Assembly (NCBI GenBank): GCA_050008535.1
Contig: JBEKML010000001.1
Span: 66,246 to 130,245 of the forward strand
DNA: 64,000 nucleotides
Reading direction: 5' to 3'
Origin: Minisyncoccia bacterium
Lineage (GTDB): Bacteria > Patescibacteriota > Minisyncoccia > UBA6257 > 2-01-FULL-56-20
Part shown: in pieces, positions 26,967 through 38,062 of the stretch
Position numbering within the stretch: position 1 is the stretch's first letter
Layout of the letters: every line of letters starts with the position of its first letter
The notes under the pieces: model-generated
The model's database searches: none
Seen by the model: only the letters and a program-made list of their open reading frames with translations
Told to the model about the DNA's origin: nothing
Position numbers and translations under genes: made by a program

Positions 26967-29565
26967 CTTTGAATTCGCCGCGGATGATCTTGTCCGCCAA
27001 CTTATCAAGGATAACTTTCTGCATCAGCCGTTTCAAGGGCCGCGCGCCGAATTCCGCGCTGAACCCTTCCTTCGCCAGGTACTCGCGGGCCGCGGCATCG
27101 ATCTCCAGCTTTATCGCACGCTCCGCAAGGCGCTTTTCGATAAGTCCTATCTGGATATCCACGATCTTTTGAATATCCTTTTTGTGAAGCGGGCTGAAGA
27201 TAATGATGTCATCAATGCGATTCAGAAATTCGGGCCGGAAATTGCTCTTTAAGGCATCCATCACCTTGTCTTTGTAATCTCTTTCTTCAACGGACGCTTC
27301 CTCCACGCTCGGCGCGCTGAATCCGATGCGGGACATCGCCTTCAGGTATTGGCTGCCGACATTGGACGTCATAATGATGATGGTGTTCTTGAAATTCACC
27401 GTCTTCCCTTTGCTGTCCGTGAGCCGGCCGTTGTCCAGCACTTGGAGAAGTAAATTGAAAACCTCCGGATGCGCTTTTTCTATCTCGTCAAAAAGGATCA
27501 GGCTGTACGGCCGGTGGCGCAGCATCTCCGTGAGCTGGCCGCCCTCCTCGTGGCCGACATAGCCCGGGGGAGAACCGATGAGGCGGGAAGTGGCGTGGCG
27601 TTCCATATATTCCGACATGTCTATGCGCACAAGCGCTTTTTCGTCGTTGAACATGAATTCCGCAAGCGCTTTCGCAAGCTCGGTCTTCCCGACGCCCGTA
27701 GGACCGAGGAACATGAACGAACCTATGGGGCGATTTTCATCCGAAAGTCCGGCCCGCGACCGGCGCAAAGCCGACGCCACGGCGCCGATGGCCTCTTCCT
27801 GCCCCACCACACGCTCGTGCAGTACTTCTTCGATCTTCACGAGCTTCTCCGTATCTGTTTCGAGCATCCGCTTCAGGGGGATGCCGGTCCAGACCGAAAC
27901 CACCGCTGCGACGTCCTCTTTATCTACGGCCTCTTTAAGGAAGTGGTCTTCGTCCGCGCGGGCGCCCGTTTTCCCTTTCTTACTGCTCTTCGCCCCGCCG
28001 AAGTTCTTTTTCTCGAAACTCGCAAAGTCCTTTTCCGCCTGCGGGAGCTCCCCGTACATGATCTGCGCCACGCGCTCCAAATTTCCCTCCCGCTCGGTAA
28101 CCTCCGCTTCGCGCTTCAGATTGTCCACCCTCTGCCGTAGTTGATGCAGTGTTTCAAACTTTATTTTCTCCGAATGCCACTTACTTGAAAGCTCGTCGTT
28201 CTGTTCTTTAAGCTTCGCGAGGAGCTGGTCGATCTCCTTCACGCGCGCAGCCTCCTTCTTTTCTTTGGTGAGCGCCTGCTTCTCCACTTCAAGCCGCGTA
28301 AGCTCGCGGCGAAGTTTATCGATCTCCTTCGGCAGACTTTCCGACTCCAGCCGCCGCGCGGCGGCTGCTTCATCTATCAAATCCACTGCTTTGTCCGGGA
28401 GAAAACGGTCGGTGATATAGCGCGCGGACAAATTGACCGCTTCTATGATCGCTTCGTCGCTGATCCGCATCCCGTGATGGATCTCGTATTTTTCCTTCAG
28501 GCCGCGCAGGATCGCGATAGAATCCTCGATGGACGGCTCTTCCACCATGATCGGCTGGAAGCGCCGTTCAAGCGCCGCATCTTTCTCTATGTATTTCTGA
28601 TATTCGCGGATGGTCGTCGCGCCTATCGCATGAAGCTCGCCGCGCGCGAGTGCGGGCTTCAAGAGATTTGACGCATCGATCGCGCCCTCGGCCGCACCCG
28701 CGCCCACGATCGTATGGATCTCGTCTATAAAAAGAATGATCTGCCCTGCGGCATTCTTGACCTCTTTTATGAACGCCCGCAAGCGGTCCTCAAACTCGCC
28801 CCGGAACTTCGTCCCGGCGATGAGCGACCCCAGGTCAAGCATCAAAACCTGCCTGCCCTTCAGAGGCTCCGGAACGTCCCCCGCTGCTATGCGCTGGGCA
28901 AGACCCTCTACGATCGCGGTTTTGCCTACGCCCGGCTCGCCGATAAGGCACGGATTGTTCTTGGTACGGCGCGACAGGACCTGCATCACGCGGCGCAATT
29001 CCTCCTCGCGCCCGATCACGGGATCCAACTTCCCTTCTTTCGCCCGATCGCTCAAATTGATGGCGTACTTTTCCAAAACCTGGAATTTGCTCTCGGGCGT
29101 TTCGTCCGTCACGCGCATGGAGCCCCGCAACTGCGCCAAGGTCCGGAACGCGGTCTCGCGCCGCACGCCGAATTTTTCCAAAACGCTCTTCGCGCTCCCC
29201 GGGATATCAAGAAGCGCCAAAAGTAAATGCTCGCACGAGACAAATTCGTCCTTTTGCTGCGCCGCGACCTTCGCTGCCTGGTCGAGCACCCGCATGAGTT
29301 CCTGCGAAAGATAAAGCTGCCCGACCGCGGAATTCGTAAGGATGGGCGGAATGCGGCCGAGCTCAAGCTCAATGTGTTCGTCCAATTTTTCAATATTCAC
29401 CCCTGAGCGCTCAAGCACGGGGATCACAAGCGACTGCTCGTCCTCCAAAAGCGCCGCGAGCAAGTGGATCCCCTTCAATTCGCCATGATTCTTCTTCGCG
29501 GCGATCTCCTGGGCGTTCTGTAACGCTTCCTGGGCCTTTATGGTAAATCGGTGAAAGCTTGGCAT
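26911..29565 (-). CDS. clpB: ATP-dependent chaperone ClpB
   Basis: N-terminal Clp repeats. Two AAA+ modules: GEPGVGKT with coiled-coil M-domain, and GPTGVGKT. Confidence 0.95.
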   Translation of the reverse strand: MPSFHRFTIKAQEALQNAQEIAAKKNHGELKGIHLLAALLEDEQSLVIPVLERSGVNIEKLDEHIELELGRIPPILTNSAVGQLYLSQELMRVLDQAAKVAAQQKDEFVSCEHLLLALLDIPGSAKSVLEKFGVRRETAFRTLAQLRGSMRVTDETPESKFQVLEKYAINLSDRAKEGKLDPVIGREEELRRVMQVLSRRTKNNPCLIGEPGVGKTAIVEGLAQRIAAGDVPEPLKGRQVLMLDLGSLIAGTKFRGEFEDRLRAFIKEVKNAAGQIILFIDEIHTIVGAGAAEGAIDASNLLKPALARGELHAIGATTIREYQKYIEKDAALERRFQPIMVEEPSIEDSIAILRGLKEKYEIHHGMRISDEAIIEAVNLSARYITDRFLPDKAVDLIDEAAAARRLESESLPKEIDKLRRELTRLEVEKQALTKEKKEAARVKEIDQLLAKLKEQNDELSSKWHSEKIKFETLHQLRQRVDNLKREAEVTEREGNLERVAQIMYGELPQAEKDFASFEKKNFGGAKSSKKGKTGARADEDHFLKEAVDKEDVAAVVSVWTGIPLKRMLETDTEKLVKIEEVLHERVVGQEEAIGAVASALRRSRAGLSDENRPIGSFMFLGPTGVGKTELAKALAEFMFNDEKALVRIDMSEYMERHATSRLIGSPPGYVGHEEGGQLTEMLRHRPYSLILFDEIEKAHPEVFNLLLQVLDNGRLTDSKGKTVNFKNTIIIMTSNVGSQYLKAMSRIGFSAPSVEEASVEERDYKDKVMDALKSNFRPEFLNRIDDIIIFSPLHKKDIQKIVDIQIGLIEKRLAERAIKLEIDAAAREYLAKEGFSAEFGARPLKRLMQKVILDKLADKIIRGEFKDGGKVKVNFKADSLVFTS

Positions 29566-29662
29566 ATGGTTTTGTTTCCCTTAATTATACCGTTATAGGG
29601 CTATTTTAGTTTCAAAAGGCGCGATTGTCAATCTCCCAAGGAGATTGCCAATGGAGCGTACC

Positions 29663-30952
29663 TTATTGGCCCGCCGGACGCTTTGCAAGTATTGCTTTGA
29701 GTGTGATCTGTTTTCCTCCGCGGTTCACGACAAGCGTTACGGTATCGCCAATGTTGTATCCGGAAATTATGGTAGCGAGATCGTGATTGCTATCAAGCGC
29801 TTGCCCGTTTACCGAGATAATAATATCTTCCGTCTGAAGGCCGGCGGCGGCGGCAGGCGAATTTGGCGAGATGGCTGGTCCTTGATCGTTGCCGCGCACC
29901 AGCACTCCGGAACTCACCGGCAAGTTCTGCTGCTTTGCAATATCCGGAGTAATGGTGAGATAGCGGACGCCGAGGTAGGGCGTTTGGATCTCGCCCGTTG
30001 ATCTCACCGAAGCGATATCGTGTTTCGCGCGATTGATGGGAAGCGCGAAGCCGATATTCTGGGCGTCGGACGCGACCGCAGTGTTGATCCCCACCACCTC
30101 GCCGCGCAAATTGAGGAGCGGACCGCCGGAATTGCCCGGATTGATCGCGGCGTCGGTCTGGATAACTCCCTGAATGGTTTCCTGCCCGCCACTTATAGGC
30201 CCGCTCGCCGTGACCGTTCGTGCAAGGCCGGAGATCACACCCACGGAAACGGTGTTGCTGAACTCGCCGAGCGCGTTCCCGATCGTGATCGCCGTCTGGC
30301 CAAGCGCCAGGCTGTCGGAATCGCCGAGAGCGACCATGGACAACCCTGTCGCGTTGATCTTCACGACCGCAAGGTCCTGATTTGGATCGCGCGCGAGCAC
30401 TGTTGCGTCATATTTTTTCCCGTCGTTCGTGATCACCGTGTAGGAAGCGCCCGTATCGGAGACCACGTGCTTATTGGTGAGAATCAAACCATCGGAAGAA
30501 ATGATGAATCCGCTCCCGCCGCCCACTTCCTGAAGTTTGGTCTTCCCGGTATCGCACGGCTGGGTGAATCCCTGAGCATCGTTCCCGAAAAATTGCTGGA
30601 ACTCCGGCGGAACGTTGCTGAAAGGATTATAAGGACACTGCTCAACGATCGGAACGTTTTTTGAAATAAGGATGGAAACGACCGCCGGCGCTGCTTTCTT
30701 CACGGCACTCACGACCGCCTGTTCGTAATCAATGACCGGCTGGTAAAGCGGGACGGTGGTCGAAGATGGGCGGGCGGTGAATGTACTGGACGGCTGGGGC
30801 TGCACGAAGAGCGGCGAGAAGAGCTTGCCAAAAAAGTCCGTGACCGCGTTCGCCTGCGCCTGCGGTACGCTTGCCGCGACGCCCAAAAACACGCCCGCGA
30901 CGAGCGCCACAGCAATGATGGCAATTATCTTCCTGTTATTGCCGTTATCCAT
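29663..30952 (-). CDS. htrA: HtrA/DegP-family serine protease with PDZ domain
   Basis: Catalytic triad context NKHVV, NPDQDLAV and GNSGGPLLN. C-terminal PDZ domain. Confidence 0.9.
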   Translation of the reverse strand: MDNGNNRKIIAIIAVALVAGVFLGVAASVPQAQANAVTDFFGKLFSPLFVQPQPSSTFTARPSSTTVPLYQPVIDYEQAVVSAVKKAAPAVVSILISKNVPIVEQCPYNPFSNVPPEFQQFFGNDAQGFTQPCDTGKTKLQEVGGGSGFIISSDGLILTNKHVVSDTGASYTVITNDGKKYDATVLARDPNQDLAVVKINATGLSMVALGDSDSLALGQTAITIGNALGEFSNTVSVGVISGLARTVTASGPISGGQETIQGVIQTDAAINPGNSGGPLLNLRGEVVGINTAVASDAQNIGFALPINRAKHDIASVRSTGEIQTPYLGVRYLTITPDIAKQQNLPVSSGVLVRGNDQGPAISPNSPAAAAGLQTEDIIISVNGQALDSNHDLATIISGYNIGDTVTLVVNRGGKQITLKAILAKRPAGQ

Positions 30953-30980
30953 AATGTGTACATCTAATAATACGAAATTT

Positions 30981-32183
30981 TTAGAAAAAAGTTTCGCGGC
31001 CCCCTTTCTTAAGGGCGGTTTTTATTGCCTTCAGCGCTTCCTCTATTTCTTCTCCCTTCGTCGGGCGGCCCAAGCTCACGCGGATGCTCGCCTTCGCCCG
31101 TTCCCTTGAATGGCCAAGTGCTTCTATAACGTAAGAAGGTTCAAGCGCCCGCGAACGGCAGGCAGAGCCGGCGGAGACCGCCAGGCCTGCAAGGTCGAAT
31201 TTTACAAGCAAATCCTCCGTGGCACGGTGCGGGAAATACACATTGAGGATGTTCGGTAATTTCCGAGAGGCGTCCCCGGGTCCGTTGATCTCGGCGTCCG
31301 GAGCGATCTTTTTAATTCCAGAAAGGAGCCTGTCGCGCAACGCAGTGATGCGCTTTGATTCTTTTTCCCGCGCAGCAACGCAAAGTTCAACTGCTTTTGC
31401 AAAACCGACGATCGCGGGGACGTTTTCCGTCCCCGAACGCAGGCCGAACTCCTGCCCGCCGCCGGAAATGAGAGCAGCAAGACACCCAGGATCCCGCACG
31501 TATAACGCACCCGTCCCTTTGGGGCCGTATATCTTATGCGAAGAAATAGTCATCAAATCCACGCCGAGCTCGTCCACGTTGCAATCTAGAAACTGGAACG
31601 CCTGGGCAGCATCGGTGTGGGATACTGGAAACTGGCGTTTCCCCCTGAAATCTCTGATTATTTTCGCGATCTCCGAGATCGGCTGAATGGTTCCGATCTC
31701 GTTATTCGCGTATATGATGGAAACGATCGCCGTTCCCGGCGTCAAGCTTTCTTTAATCTTTTTTAAATCTACCACCCCCTCCGCGTTGACGGGAATGCGG
31801 ATCACTCGGGTGCCCTCGCGCTCTAAATCTTTTACCGTCTCAAGGACCGATTCGTGCTCAATCGCAGAAACAATAACCCGCGGCGATGTGCGCCTGTCTT
31901 CTTTGTTTCCTTTGCGTGCCTCACGAAACTTCCGCACCGCGCCGCGCAGTGCAAGATTGTTCACTTCCGTCGCAGAGCCCATAAAAATAATTTGCCGGAA
32001 GTCCGCGCCGAGCGCTTTTGCGATCGTCTCGCGCGAATGGTCCACCGCCGCGATCGCTTCCTGGCCAAAAGTATGCAGCGATCCGGGATTCCCGAACCGC
32101 TCCGAAAAATAAGGGGCCATTGCGCGCAAAACCGCGGGGTCGACCGGCGCCGCAGCGGCATAATCAAAATAAATCTTTTTCAT
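30981..32183 (-). CDS. cysteine desulfurase (NifS/IscS-like, class V aminotransferase)
   Basis: PLP-lysine region SSHKIYGPKGTGALY. Active-site cysteine loop SAGSACRS. Confidence 0.9.
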   Translation of the reverse strand: MKKIYFDYAAAAPVDPAVLRAMAPYFSERFGNPGSLHTFGQEAIAAVDHSRETIAKALGADFRQIIFMGSATEVNNLALRGAVRKFREARKGNKEDRRTSPRVIVSAIEHESVLETVKDLEREGTRVIRIPVNAEGVVDLKKIKESLTPGTAIVSIIYANNEIGTIQPISEIAKIIRDFRGKRQFPVSHTDAAQAFQFLDCNVDELGVDLMTISSHKIYGPKGTGALYVRDPGCLAALISGGGQEFGLRSGTENVPAIVGFAKAVELCVAAREKESKRITALRDRLLSGIKKIAPDAEINGPGDASRKLPNILNVYFPHRATEDLLVKFDLAGLAVSAGSACRSRALEPSYVIEALGHSRERAKASIRVSLGRPTKGEEIEEALKAIKTALKKGGRETFF

Positions 32184-32186
32184 GTT

Positions 32187-32561
32187 TTATTGTTCAACAA
32201 GAAAGAGAACGCCTATCACGAAAAAAGGCAAAGAGATCGCCGCGAACGAGGCGATGGCGCCCGCCGTGTGGTAAAAGAACGTGGCGGCGATGCCGAGCGC
32301 AATAAAAATCACCCCTCCCGTTTTTTTATGACGCCACGCGACGGCTGTTGCCCCGATGATCAATAACGACGGAATATTATGGATGATGAACGCCGCCACG
32401 GTCCCCCAGAAACCATATCCCTCGCCAAAAACATCCAAAGAGAAGATCGCCAAAAATAGTGCAAAGAGGATGGCGAGCGTGCGAGGAAGCAAAGAGCGCA
32501 CCTTCATGTTGTCATCATAGCAAAACCGTGCTGCGCGATCAGAAGAGCCCTGCGGCCGCAA
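32187..32561 (-). CDS. small membrane hypothetical protein
   Basis: Four predicted TM helices. 3-nt gap to the upstream gene. Confidence 0.45.
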   Translation of the reverse strand: MRPQGSSDRAARFCYDDNMKVRSLLPRTLAILFALFLAIFSLDVFGEGYGFWGTVAAFIIHNIPSLLIIGATAVAWRHKKTGGVIFIALGIAATFFYHTAGAIASFAAISLPFFVIGVLFLVEQ

Positions 32562-33126
32562 ACTGCTTTGCCAATGCCACTTTTACGATCTCGCCGGTCT
32601 TCTTGTCGGGTATTAAAAAATAATTTTGCTTTTGATAGAGATCGTAGAGCTCTTTGGTAAGCTTCACGTCGTTCAGACAATAGGCCTTGAGCTCTTCGAT
32701 CTTCCCGTCGCGGTAAAGACCGATCGCCTCCGAACCATGATGGTCTTTTTTCACGCCGAGGTTCGCTTCCGCAAGGCGGCTTAAGCTCACGCGCTGCTTT
32801 GCCGCCATTTCTATTTCCTCAAGCAGGTCCACCCGTTCTTTTTCCCAAAGGTTCGGCACGGCGCCGCCGTGCTTTTGGAAATAATTGTTGAGCACTGGCA
32901 CGTCGTAGCGGTTCATGCTGAAGCCGATGATGCGCCGCGCGCCCGAAAAAAGCTCAATAAGCTTACCCATCTCATGTTCTTCGAAAATAAAATATTTGCT
33001 GTACAGGTAGGAATAGACGCCGACGACGGAGATCTTGAGCGCCGCGAAGTTATCCCACCCGACATCCGGATCGGTGAAAAAGTTCTGTGTTTCGATGTCA
33101 AAAACAAGGGTATCCATGTTTATCAA
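32539..33126 (-). CDS. DEDD-family 3'-5' exonuclease-like protein
   Basis: The Exo I motif LVFDIETQ is at the N-terminus. Confidence 0.5.
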   Translation of the reverse strand: MINMDTLVFDIETQNFFTDPDVGWDNFAALKISVVGVYSYLYSKYFIFEEHEMGKLIELFSGARRIIGFSMNRYDVPVLNNYFQKHGGAVPNLWEKERVDLLEEIEMAAKQRVSLSRLAEANLGVKKDHHGSEAIGLYRDGKIEELKAYCLNDVKLTKELYDLYQKQNYFLIPDKKTGEIVKVALAKQFAAAGLF

Positions 33127-33149
33127 GAATTACGCTCTGCGATGCCGCC

Positions 33150-33629
33150 CTATACGTGCCGGTCGGCGACGTTCGAGGCCGCATAGCTTTCCGGCTTCGT
33201 TTTCGCTTGAAAGTTGCTCGCGCGGATCATCGCGACCACCTCTTGGATCATCGCCTTTGTCGGCCCATTTTCGCCGATGTCCGCATGGATCTCAAAATCA
33301 AATTCAGGGAGGGGGAACTTCTTGAGCTCGCCGAGCACCTTCTCGGCAATTTCAAGCGAGATCAGCACCTCTTTGATTATCCTGTCCCGCAGATTGTGGA
33401 ACTTCCCGAGCTCGAAACGCCGCCAGAAGTACCGCCCGCCGTTCCCCACGCGGTGCACCACGATCGCCGTCACGAAATCCGCTTTCTTGCCCGCCAGAAG
33501 TTCGGAATCGGTACCGATCGTCACCTTATAGTGGCGGGTCGGCATGATCTTCATAAAGTCCACAATTGCGCGGACCACTTCATCCACGGTCATCCGGATA
33601 CCAAGCGAGCTGTTCAGGAAGTCTGGCAT
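33150..33629 (-). CDS. RNase H-like fold protein (DUF458/YkuK-like)
   Basis: Motifs TIGTDSE ... VHRVGNGG ... HADIGENG. Confidence 0.45.
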   Translation of the reverse strand: MPDFLNSSLGIRMTVDEVVRAIVDFMKIMPTRHYKVTIGTDSELLAGKKADFVTAIVVHRVGNGGRYFWRRFELGKFHNLRDRIIKEVLISLEIAEKVLGELKKFPLPEFDFEIHADIGENGPTKAMIQEVVAMIRASNFQAKTKPESYAASNVADRHV

Positions 33630-33660
33630 GTAGCCGCATCATACCTCCGGGCCGGCTGGA

Positions 33661-35157
33661 TTGTCAATGAAACAGGCGAAGCGATTTTCTGATATAATTT
33701 CTTACATGAAGATAAACCCGTACATATTCAGAGATTACGACATCAGGGGAGTCGTGGATGTCGACCTTGATGCCGAAAAGGTGGAAGCGATCGGAAAATC
33801 GTACGGCACATTCCTCCAGAGGAGGAAGATCAGGCAGGCGGTTGTGGGATGTGATTGCCGTTTGAGTAGTGAAGAATATAGACAGGCATTTGTGAGAGGT
33901 CTTGCTTTAACGGGGGTGGACGTCATTGATCTTGGTCTGGTCATGACGCAAATGGTGTACTTCGCACAATACCGCTTCCAAACGAACGGCGGCGCGATGA
34001 TCACCGCTTCCCATAACCCCTGGAACTATAACGGCTTCAAGCTGGCAACCGGTTATTCGCGGAGCACGGAAGCGGACGAAATCCGGGAAGTCAGAGAGGT
34101 GGTTGAAAAAGAAACGTTTTTCGTGCCGGACGCGGCGGGGACGGTGACCATCCTGCAAGGCGCAGCGCGGGATCAGTTCATTGAAGATTATACGCACGAT
34201 GTCCTAAAACGCGTGACATTAAAGAAAAAATTCAAGGTGGTGGTTGATACAAGCATGGGGACCACCGGGTTGTTCAACCCTAAGATATTCGAGAGGGCGG
34301 GGTGCGAGGTGATCGCCCAAAATACAGAGGTGGACGGGCACTTCCCCCTTGGGACGCCCGACCCGACCGCAACGGCGGTCATGGAACGCGTCCGGGAACG
34401 GGTCATCAAGGAAAAGGCGGATTTCGGCGTCTCGTTCGACGGCGATGGCGACCGTATGGGGATTGTTGATGAAAAAGGCAATCTTTTATGGAACGACGTG
34501 GTGGTCGCCATCTTCGCAAAAGAAATTCTGGAGCGCTTTCCGGGGGGAACGATCGTTTACAACGGGCTTTGTTCGCAGCTCACCACCAAGGTCATCGAGC
34601 AAAACGGGGGCATCCCGGTCATGTGGCGCACGGGGCACGGTTTCATTAAAGCGAAAATCGCCGAACTGCACGCGGTGTTTGGAGGAGAATTATCCGGGCA
34701 TTTCTTTTTCAATGACAATGCGTACGGACACGACGATGGCACGTACGCCGTCCTGCGGGTCTTGGATTATCTCTCAAGCAAGAACGTCTCTTTGAGCCGG
34801 CTCTACGAGGGGTTCCCTAAATACATTTCTTCCCCGGAAATAAAAATCGGATGCCCCGACGATAAAAAAATAAAGGTGGTCAAGGACCTCTCAATAAAGT
34901 TCAAAAGTGATTTTCCGGAAGCGAAGATCACTGATGCGACCGTGATCCCTGGCGACGACGGCACCCGCGCGGATTTCCCGGACGGCATGATGATCTTTCG
35001 TTCTTCCCAAAACGGTCCCTATGTCACCGTAAAATTCGAAGCGCAGGACCAGAAAACCTATGACCAGAGGAAACAATACGTCAAGGCAACGCTTAAAAGT
35101 TACCCGGACATGATTTGGGAAGGCGACCTCCTCGTAAATCTTTCATCACTCGACTAA
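33661..35157 (+). CDS. phosphoglucomutase/phosphomannomutase family protein
   Basis: Active-site phosphoserine loop ITASHNPWNYNGFK. Metal-binding site DGDGDR. Confidence 0.85.
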   Translation: MSMKQAKRFSDIISYMKINPYIFRDYDIRGVVDVDLDAEKVEAIGKSYGTFLQRRKIRQAVVGCDCRLSSEEYRQAFVRGLALTGVDVIDLGLVMTQMVYFAQYRFQTNGGAMITASHNPWNYNGFKLATGYSRSTEADEIREVREVVEKETFFVPDAAGTVTILQGAARDQFIEDYTHDVLKRVTLKKKFKVVVDTSMGTTGLFNPKIFERAGCEVIAQNTEVDGHFPLGTPDPTATAVMERVRERVIKEKADFGVSFDGDGDRMGIVDEKGNLLWNDVVVAIFAKEILERFPGGTIVYNGLCSQLTTKVIEQNGGIPVMWRTGHGFIKAKIAELHAVFGGELSGHFFFNDNAYGHDDGTYAVLRVLDYLSSKNVSLSRLYEGFPKYISSPEIKIGCPDDKKIKVVKDLSIKFKSDFPEAKITDATVIPGDDGTRADFPDGMMIFRSSQNGPYVTVKFEAQDQKTYDQRKQYVKATLKSYPDMIWEGDLLVNLSSLD

Positions 35158-35189
35158 CCCGCCCGGCGCGCAGTAAAATACAGTTACCA

Positions 35190-37256
35190 ATGGCCAAAAA
35201 GAACGGGGTGGGCAGCAACGTAGATCTTAGCGAACACCGCCTACACCCGGATACCAAAAAAGGCATCTGGGGCATCGGCTTTATTTGTGTTGCCGTCATT
35301 TTGACGCTCGCAGGATTCGGACAGGCCGGGCCGGCAGGCAATGCGATTTACTGGGGTCTTGATGCCCTCTTTGGCTTGGGCTACTTCATTCTGCCAACCA
35401 CGCTTATCTTTGCCGCGATCGTGCTGCTTGCTTCGGGACGGAAAAGGATCGTGGGCGCCACGCTCATAGGTGCGGCACTTCTTATTTTTTCTTTCCTTGG
35501 GCTCATCGATATTTTCTCGCCCACGCAGGGAGGATGGCTTGGTCTTATTCTCGGCTCGCTCCGCTATCCCTTCGGCAAAATCGCGGCGGCGATCATCGAT
35601 GGGTTTATCTTGATCATTGCGATCCTTGTGACGGCGAATGTCCCGATCAGGATCAAGTGGCCGGAGAAAGCGGCAGGAACAAAGGGGGAAGAAAAACCGC
35701 TTGTGGTAACGGGGACAAAAGAGAAGGGCGGGGCACCCAAAGAGGAGAATGATGAGGGCGAGGAAGGGGCGAGGTCGGTCGTCGTGGAACCAAGGACCGC
35801 TGCAAAAATCGATAAAAAGATCAAAGCGCCGGTCTTTGCGAACTATGTCCCGCCGCCGCTTTCGCTTTTGAAATCAGAAATGGGGAAACCGACGACGGGC
35901 GACCTTCTTGCGAACGCGAACGTCATCAAGCGCACGCTTGAGAGCTTCGGCATTTCGGTGGAGATGGGAGAAATCAACGTGGGCCCCGCGGTCACGCGCT
36001 ATACCCTGAAACCGGCGGAGGGCATGAAGCTTTCGCGGATCACGGCGCTCAATTCCGACCTGGCGCTCTCGCTCGCCGCGCATCCGATCCGCATCGAGGC
36101 GCCGATCCCCGGCAAATCGCTTGTTGGCATCGAAGTGCCGAACAAAGCAGCGGCTCTGGTGCGCCTCGGAAGCCTGATGAACTATCCGGAGTTCCAGCAA
36201 ACGGGGCCGCTCGGCTTCGTCCTTGGGCGCGATGTCTCGGGCGAACCGGTCTTCACGAGCATTGAAAAAATGCCTCACATGCTCGTCGCCGGCGCAACGG
36301 GATCCGGGAAATCCATCCTCGTCCATTCACTTCTTGTTTCCCTCCTCTATAAAAATTCTCCACAGACCCTGAAGCTTATTCTTATCGACCCGAAGCGGGT
36401 GGAACTCTCCGTTTACGAAGGCATCCCGCACCTCGTGAGCCCCGTCATCACCGACAATAAAAAAGCGGTTGGTGTTTTCCGTTGGGCCATTGCGGAAATG
36501 GAACGGCGTTACGAACTTTTGCAAAAAGCCGGCAGCCGCGACATAAAAGGCTACAATGCGGGCCATCGCGACGAAATACTCCCCTACATTTTGATCGTGA
36601 TAGATGAGATGGCGGACCTGATGACTTCCTATGGACGCGACGTGGAGGGCTCCGTCGTGCGCCTCGCGCAAATGGCGCGCGCAACGGGCATCCATCTCCT
36701 TCTCGCAACACAGCGGCCGTCGGTCGAGATCATTACGGGCCTCATCAAAGCGAACATCACGGCCCGCATCGCGCTCCAGGTCGCCTCGCAAATCGACTCG
36801 CGCACGATCCTTGATACGGCGGGCGCGGAGAAATTGCTCGGCAACGGCGACCTTCTTTTTGTCTCTGCGGAACTCTCCAAACCGCGGCGCATCCAAGGAT
36901 CGTTCATCACGGAGGATGAGATCAAAAAAGTCGCGAATTTTATCCGCGACCATAACAAGGGAGAGGTGGCCGAAACCGAAGCGATGGACTTCGCAGGCGG
37001 CATTTCCATCCCGCAAAATCTTGATTCGTTCGGCGAGGACGACGGGGAGGACGACGAGCTCTTTGACGAAGCGCTTGCCACGGTGAAAGAGGCCCAAAAG
37101 GCGTCCGCATCGCTCCTCCAGCGGCGACTGAAGGTCGGCTATGCGCGCGCCGCGCGGCTCCTTGACCTTATGGAAGCCGGCGGGTTCATCGGCCCCGGCG
37201 ACGGCGCGAAGCCGCGCGACGTGAACTTGGAAAAGATAGAAGAGCGACTATCATAA
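35190..37256 (+). CDS. ftsK: DNA translocase FtsK/SpoIIIE
   Basis: N-terminal TM segments. Motor domain with Walker A GATGSGKS. C-terminal gamma wHTH domain LLQRRLKVGYARAARLLDLME. Confidence 0.9.
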   Translation: MAKKNGVGSNVDLSEHRLHPDTKKGIWGIGFICVAVILTLAGFGQAGPAGNAIYWGLDALFGLGYFILPTTLIFAAIVLLASGRKRIVGATLIGAALLIFSFLGLIDIFSPTQGGWLGLILGSLRYPFGKIAAAIIDGFILIIAILVTANVPIRIKWPEKAAGTKGEEKPLVVTGTKEKGGAPKEENDEGEEGARSVVVEPRTAAKIDKKIKAPVFANYVPPPLSLLKSEMGKPTTGDLLANANVIKRTLESFGISVEMGEINVGPAVTRYTLKPAEGMKLSRITALNSDLALSLAAHPIRIEAPIPGKSLVGIEVPNKAAALVRLGSLMNYPEFQQTGPLGFVLGRDVSGEPVFTSIEKMPHMLVAGATGSGKSILVHSLLVSLLYKNSPQTLKLILIDPKRVELSVYEGIPHLVSPVITDNKKAVGVFRWAIAEMERRYELLQKAGSRDIKGYNAGHRDEILPYILIVIDEMADLMTSYGRDVEGSVVRLAQMARATGIHLLLATQRPSVEIITGLIKANITARIALQVASQIDSRTILDTAGAEKLLGNGDLLFVSAELSKPRRIQGSFITEDEIKKVANFIRDHNKGEVAETEAMDFAGGISIPQNLDSFGEDDGEDDELFDEALATVKEAQKASASLLQRRLKVGYARAARLLDLMEAGGFIGPGDGAKPRDVNLEKIEERLS

Positions 37257-37262
37257 ACGACT

Positions 37263-38027
37263 ATGGATAATATAGATAACGGCGAAATGATCTTTGAAGA
37301 ATTTCTCGCGGCGCGGCTGCGGGACAGGGGGATCTCGCTCAAACGATTGTCGGAAACGACCGGCATCGCGCCGGTCCACCTGGAGAACCTGCTCCATGGG
37401 AACTTTGAGAACATGCCTTCCACCCCGTATTTCCACGGCTATCTTGTTCGCATCGGCAAAGTGCTCGATTTCGACGGCGAAGAGTGGTGGGAAAAGATCA
37501 AAAAAGAAAGTTCTGTGAAAAATTCCGGATCGGCGGACAAGCTCCCGCGCAATCGCTTCGTCAAAAAGGAATGGCCGAAATCCGCCTGGGCCATCGGAAT
37601 TATTTCTCTTCTTATTATCATCTACCTTGTGGTCGCTTTCCCGCGCATCTTCGGCAAGCCAAAACTCACCGTCACCTACCCGCCCCAGAACCCCTTTGCA
37701 ACCGCTTCGACCACCCTCACGATCATGGGCACGGTCAATAATGCCGACGCGCTCTACCTTTCAAGCGGCAACGGATCGTCGAGTGAAGAGATCGTGATCG
37801 CGCCCGACGGTTCATGGCAAAAAATAGTGTTCATTTCAGGGACCGAACCGAACACCCTAAATACCTTCGAGCTCACCGCGAAAAAATTCCTCGGCGGCGA
37901 AACCACTATCATAGAACAAATTATCTATGCGCCTCTGCGGGTAAGCTCATCCGCGACCTCCGGCGCCGCATTCCCCACCATTCACATCGCGACGGGAACT
38001 CCGGCCACCGGGACGTATTTTGATTAA
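37263..38027 (+). CDS. RodZ-like protein (N-terminal XRE HTH, single TM, extracytoplasmic C-domain)
   Basis: HTH RGISLKRLSETTGIAPVHLENLLHG. TM segment AIGIISLLIIIYLVV. Confidence 0.55.
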   Translation: MDNIDNGEMIFEEFLAARLRDRGISLKRLSETTGIAPVHLENLLHGNFENMPSTPYFHGYLVRIGKVLDFDGEEWWEKIKKESSVKNSGSADKLPRNRFVKKEWPKSAWAIGIISLLIIIYLVVAFPRIFGKPKLTVTYPPQNPFATASTTLTIMGTVNNADALYLSSGNGSSSEEIVIAPDGSWQKIVFISGTEPNTLNTFELTAKKFLGGETTIIEQIIYAPLRVSSSATSGAAFPTIHIATGTPATGTYFD

Positions 38028-38062
38028 CAACTTTTTAATGCCTTCTTTGGTATAATGAGGGC